Shown: in pieces, positions 60,601 through 64,000 of the stretch | Layout: every line of letters starts with the position of its first letter | Position numbering within the stretch: the stretch's first letter is position 1 | Assembly: GCA_964187785.1 (NCBI GenBank) | Contig: OZ076413.1 | Location: 42,906,001-42,970,000, forward strand | Source of the DNA: Amphiscolops sp. MND2022 | Taxonomy: Eukaryota | Reading direction: 5' to 3' | DNA: 64,000 nucleotides | Position numbers and translations under genes: made by a program | The notes under the pieces: model-generated | Seen by the model: the letters and a program-made list of their open reading frames with translations, nothing else | Database searches by the model: none | Told to the model about the DNA's origin: nothing

Positions 60601-62779
60601 AAGCCAAAACCCCAGAGAGATTCGAACCGGCAGCCTCCCGATTGCACGGCATAAGTGTTGACCACTGTGCCATAGGGACGTTATTGAACAAAGTTGAACT
60701 GTTGAATATATACGCATGCGATTAAAATAATATATATACGCATATTGAAATTATCGATGCTTCGTCATGTGTTGCGAAGCTCCGCTTCGCCTCTGTGTTG
60801 AAGTTTTCGGTTTGTAAAAACGTTCAATGAGCCTGAATGGCCTCTTTTTGAGTTTTTCGGCATTGAGCGATTAAAAAAATACTTTTTTTGAAAAAAAATT
60901 CAAAAATAATTTTTTTGAAAAAAAAATAATTTTTTGCAAATGTTTCCAATAGTTGTTGCTTGAATATTTTTGAGCCTTAGATATGGCGCCGACTTGAGAC
61001 GATCCCGTCTTGTTATCATATAAAATAGAAAAGAAAATTCATTTTCTTTACAGAACTGTGACCTTGTCTAATCGTTTTTCGTTTTCAATGGTCTTAAAAT
61101 CTAGCTAATCATGAATTTGAGGGATCTCGGAAGTTTTGTGGAGTTTTTGAAACAATAAATGTAAAATGGAAAGGTATGTTTTATTGTTCTTCCCACGTGG
61201 TGGGAATTGGTTATGAAATTGCATGGAGTTTATGAAGGTGAGATTGGAATCGAGAAGGGATACGAGCGAGATGACGTTGGAATGCAACTTGGAATATGTA
61301 CCTGGAAAATGATGCAACTGAAGTCCGAGAACCACTCAAGGAATCTAACGAAGCTTTTAGATTTTTGAAGCATCATGGCGAAATTTTTTAGAAGCCGTTT
61401 AGGAAACTGAAAAGCCTTTTTTACATTGATAATTGATCACAATTTATTCGTGCTAATTATACAAATGATTGTTAGGATCGAGATGTTATTCGATCGGGTA
61501 AGAAAACAAAATTTATTCTTGCATTGGTTTTCATCGACTGGCGACTGTGACCACATTCTCACAAGTAAAACGTTTGTGAAAACTGAAATTGGTTTTTAGC
61601 GTCACACGTTGGATCGCATCATTGATAATCAATCAACTTTTTGGTCATCTCTGTAATTAACTTGTTTTTCAGTCCAGCCGAAGAGATAGAAGTATGACTG
61701 ATATCACTTTGGATGACTGCTTCAAGTTGTTTTGCGAAGAAGAAATTCTGGAAGGAGATAACGCTGTTGTAAGTATATGATAGAAGCTGTTTTGAGGACA
61801 ATGAATTCATTGGTTGTTCAGTTGCATCAGAACTTTCGGGAGGAAGGTTACCATATTGGTTTCAGCCCATATCTTTTTCATGGAATTGCCGGAAATTAAT
61901 CTTTCTGCTGTTTTTTTCACAAGTTTTGGCAAAATGCAAGAGAGGGCTTTCAACAGGTTTTTAAAAAATGGATTCGTTTTTTTAGCAGTCGGAAAAAAAT
62001 TTTCGACTACTCATGCACTCGTACTTTTTTCTCCTGACTTTTCTCCTGAACGTAAATTACTCAAAAACTGTCCATACGATTCGAGCAAATTTTTTACAAT
62101 CATTCTGCACCATATTAGGGTCCTATATGTGTAATGACATCAAAATCGTATGACTGGGATCTGAGAAACAGCTAAAAATTTAGTCCGAAAATGGCCAAAT
62201 GACAAAGTACGTGATTTGTTTGTCAATGTTTTAATTTTTCGACTCCTTCACCATTTACCACACATGCGGCTCTGGTTAATTAATCGATGAAAATGTGCCT
62301 GAAGTGAAAAGAGCCAAAAATTTTTGAACTATTTGCGATTAAATTTTGAACGTTTTCGTTGGCATAAATATATTGGCTACGCTCCAGCTGCAAAGTTGCT
62401 TAAATAATTTCTCTGTGATCAGCCGGATGCTTTTTTCAAAAAAATCTCATTCGACGTTTTGCTTTTAATCATTTCGCAGTGCTTACTTTTCCCATTCCTC
62501 GAAATTTGTTTTGCCAATCTTGGTTTGGCAATTATCCCAAAATCCATTGCTTTGATATCAAAGTGTGGTTTGCAGCTGCTGCGTTTTAGCTTTGTGAGAG
62601 GTGTCGTAAACCTCGTCGGTGCTCGAAGGGGTTCAAAATCCAGAGACTGCCAGACGTGCTCATCATCCAAATCAAACGGTTTTCTATAGACTTCAGAACC
62701 AAGATAGACACCCCTGTTGTAGCCCCTCTCAAGAACCTGTGTCTGGTCGAATACATGACCGAGTTCCAGAAGAGATTAG
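42670..62779 (+). CDS. Ubiquitin-specific protease (C19), USP2/21/8-like; catalytic exons 42670-42720, 43052-43169, 44318-44432, 45168-~45290, 46416-46599, 61673-61768, 62590-62779; His-box exons not found in window
   Basis: Spliced 'GLENMGNT|CYFNSAIQC', 'FEGYR|QQDAQEMLLFLL', 'GQLES.LEC..C..SLPIP', 'ITLDDCFKLFCEEEILEG', 'CERC..KGFKIQRLPDVLIIQIKRFS'. Confidence 0.92.
44496..44669. mobile_element. pogo/Tc1-type MITE
   Basis: TIR CAGTGGAAGCCGCTTA / TAAGCGGCTTCCACAG, TA TSD. Confidence 0.8.
46606..46803 (+). repeat. ~96-bp tandem duplication just inside the USP intron
   Basis: AATTTGCCAGTTCTT..CATGTCTGTAGTAGT occurs twice. Confidence 0.85.
48142..48578 (+). pseudogene. Adenain-like maturation cysteine protease (frameshifted)
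   Basis: 'GIVNLHPTKGTHWV..YFDSYGCPP..QIQ..DSYCAAYCL'. Confidence 0.85.
48619..48804 (+). CDS. Small basic Polinton ORF, unknown function
   Basis: 61-aa ORF preceded by the same upstream cassette as the protease. Confidence 0.45.
   Translation: MKKINNYSAQFKVIQKPENENNNNNIHKQSSFGNNSKKKLSKRNQEFINEISASGFKQFFS
48808..49910 (+). pseudogene. Minor capsid protein (penton), frameshifted
   Basis: '..LEVYNTVYNIT..NNK', 'PGVYEL..IN', 'LLGF', 'CDCV.GS.VNG..ILFSF..PPGYKI..P', C-terminal 'DFNGE.LT'. Confidence 0.75.
49920..50321 (+). CDS. Polinton core/membrane-active protein candidate (Zn-ribbon-like N-terminus + amphipathic helix)
   Basis: 'YCVG..C.TC..KS' then 'EGLGDFFRGIGKAAKSVGKKIL' and 'QGKGLYL'. 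Confidence 0.6.
   Translation: MSFSKFKNNSYCVGGKHYSATTNIRGDITQNKKTGAPVKLLRGTCSTCKRNKSLIVSDQTIQAEGLGDFFRGIGKAAKSVGKKILNNPGRALELAANIGTAAASKNPRMIAATAPDIIKFVHQGKGLYLGKIH
50371..51403 (+). CDS. Polinton coiled-coil protein with C-terminal 'GSG..LPSDPDEL..L.LL..GGN' module
   Basis: Long ORF (frameshift near the start); the C-terminal motif resembles one I recall from Maverick/adintovirus virion-associated genes. Confidence 0.55.
51300..52826 (-). pseudogene. FtsK/A32-like packaging ATPase with N-terminal TM extension; frameshifted and interrupted by a HINE
   Basis: Walker A 'LIVGPSFCGKS', Walker B 'VVFDDML', then after the insert 'TRGR..LSQSYFDLPKRTIRNN..IILF'. Confidence 0.88.
51617..52153 (+). 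mobile_element. HINE-like host element inserted into the viral ATPase
   Basis: Sub-TIR TATTTCTGCTTT/AAAGCAGAAATA, hairpin GCCCCGGAGGGGC, TTTT end, no TSD; homologous to 30021-30531. Confidence 0.85.
52841..53691 (+). pseudogene. Retroviral-type (rve) DDE integrase, frameshifted
   Basis: 'WSIDLID..IDNYTKYAWA.PLK..SDRGKEFYN', VERFNRT after the frameshift, 'KFQVGDYVR..KGYT.NW..ELF'. Confidence 0.93.
53709..54426 (+). CDS. Coiled-coil Polinton protein (MSIHKFG..), frameshifted, unknown function
   Basis: 185-aa ORF plus coding-like sequence in other frames up to ~54426. Confidence 0.45.
54457..54978 (+). CDS. Polinton membrane protein with a Gly-rich hydrophobic hairpin
   Basis: Basic 'KKYKKK' followed by 'GVSVLGVSS..GVGLVVVPIASGIGAGLCII'; intact 173 aa. 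Confidence 0.6.
   Translation: MSEKLYPCLQQDQNLDLRIKEINSFNNSIQNIKDIQNFYNHEAKKYKKKSKQYKLINCLIQSIDGVSVLGVSSTCVTLSITGVGLVVVPIASGIGAGLCIISKLLGEYLKRKEQHNIKKYTLAGRTLHDFCKLHSKCLEDNKIDLNGYNKLKQTYDVYKNNKTKLNSKFTFLG
55040..55555 (+). pseudogene. Major capsid protein (double jelly-roll), internally deleted in frame
   Basis: About 24 N-terminal residues joined to C-terminal motifs 'IIVGFQ..N..FD..V..IGSEKYP..YVFDLSKQ..IRLEF.F..AYALV'. Confidence 0.75.
55663..59386 (-). pseudogene. Protein-primed family B DNA polymerase with N-terminal Zn fingers and an endonuclease VII-like insert, in 5+ frameshifted pieces
   Basis: 'YADFE', 'CWLC..DHDHLTGKYRGAAHN.CN', 'FHNFSGYD', 'FLDS', 'YIDANNLY', 'KL.NNAFFGK', 'YMDTDS'. 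Confidence 0.96.
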
Positions 62780-63029
62780 GTTAGACCTACGACATGTGCC
62801 TTTTTCGGAAAAACCAAGAAATTGCATGCAGGAAAAATTCATTGTTTTTCGATTGAAACGATGACAGAAATAAGTTCATTGAAAATCTATATGCTAGATT
62901 TGGTTCTCTGGACAAGGTCTAGAAGAGCACTAGTGCTCATATCTCGTCCTCTTGGATGTACTTGTTACGGAAAGCATTGACGTTTCGTGATATTCTATAA
63001 TACTTTTGCGTAATCTTTCTATACATGTA

Positions 63030-63702
63030 CAGTGGTGTGAAGAAAGAATGCGACTTAGTTGCTCAGAATGCAAAGAATTCTCTAATCTGATTGGTTCACA
63101 ACGCCTCGCTGCTCAAATATTGGTTTAACGAGCCTCGATCGCTCGCAAAAATCAGTATTTTCAATATTTTGCCGTCTTTCCGGGATAATTTTTACATGAA
63201 AATTATACCAGAAAATTTCTCTGATTTTTCTCAATCCCATGATAGTTTTTGTTTGTGGAAATCACCAAATAAAAAACGAAAATGGGAGCACTTTTTCGTT
63301 CAGTAAAACTGGAAATACATGTATTAAGATGGGAATTTGAGATTTAGACTTGGTAAAACTCCCACCAATATACATTTTCCAAATATATCCAAAATCAAAT
63401 TTCATCTTCGTTTTCGAGAGATTCGAGTGTATCTGCAAGGCAAAATTTATCAAAAAGTATTCATTGGATCACTGATATTTTCTCAAAAATTAGCAATTTT
63501 AATTATTTTCCTCCTAAAATCACATGTTTCTAACTTCGAAAACAATGATGGTTGAAATTTCGAACAAAAACCGTTGTATTCATAGCAAAAATTCAAGAAA
63601 CTTTTTTTGCAAAATTGAACCATTTCGAATAGTTTTGGAGATATGAGACTGCAAAATTAGCCTTTTTGAGCAGCTAAGTCGCATTCTTTCTTCACACCAC
63701 TG
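63030..63702. mobile_element. Tc1/mariner-type non-autonomous element
   Basis: ~35-bp TIR CAGTGGTGTGAAGAAAGAATGCGACTTAG with TA TSD. Confidence 0.88.
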
Positions 63703-64000
63703 TATAGCATCCGAATAAATAACTTTTCTTTCTTTCAAATGATGAACATTTGATAAAGAATTGGTGTTTCAATCTCATTATGCAGTAATTAATGTCGTGT
63801 CAAAATGCGACGATAGCTCTATGAGTGCAGAAGTGGAGTGGCGTGTCATTGCTCGTCCAGTTGTTGGTTTTGACAAAGGCCTAAAAAGGAACGAAGAAGT
63901 CCTAATCATAAAACCAATATGTTGATTCGTTTTTATTGAGATTTATGCCTGACTTATGCTAATTAAGAGATTTTGATATGTTGCTGGCTGACAATAAATC

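Larger units (their letters stand above)
46979..61014 (+). mobile_element. HINE-like element that is the insertion target of the Polinton
   Basis: TAGTCGGCGC at 46981 and GCGCCGACTT..CCCGTCTTGTT ending at 61014; the empty site TTTCGGCACTATGCGACTTT matches the intact repeat at 41841. Confidence 0.75.

Noticed and set aside
61105..62864. Listed short ORFs (61105-, 61619-, 62419-, 62459+, 62619+)
   Set aside because: Mostly antisense or off-frame shadows of USP exons 61673-61768 and 62590-62779; no motifs of their own

Overview
AT-rich, intron-containing, transposon-saturated eukaryotic (invertebrate-like metazoan) genomic DNA with one 200-N gap. Two spliced host genes can be rebuilt on the + strand from GT-AG exons: a NATD1-like acetyltransferase (25676-28287) and a USP2/21/8-like deubiquitinase (about 36.3-62.8 kb, 3' end not seen). 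The largest feature is a 13.2-kb Polinton/Maverick (adintovirus-like endogenous virus, 47237-60443) with AGTAGT...ACTACT ends, ~830-bp TIRs and a 6-bp GGCACT TSD. It sits inside a USP intron and carries decayed pPolB, integrase, ATPase, protease, penton and an internally deleted major capsid gene; 7 of its ~11 genes start with TAAATG. The first 25 kb holds decayed LINEs, nested MULE-type MITEs sharing a GC-rich core, and a five-level nested insertion. The CR1/L2-type LINE in that nest has tRNA-Ser-like 5' monomers, and its ORF1 and ORF2 are joined in frame by one TGA in a CAR-YYA readthrough context. Helentron-type non-autonomous elements fill most introns. All family assignments come from motif recognition by eye; no searches were run.
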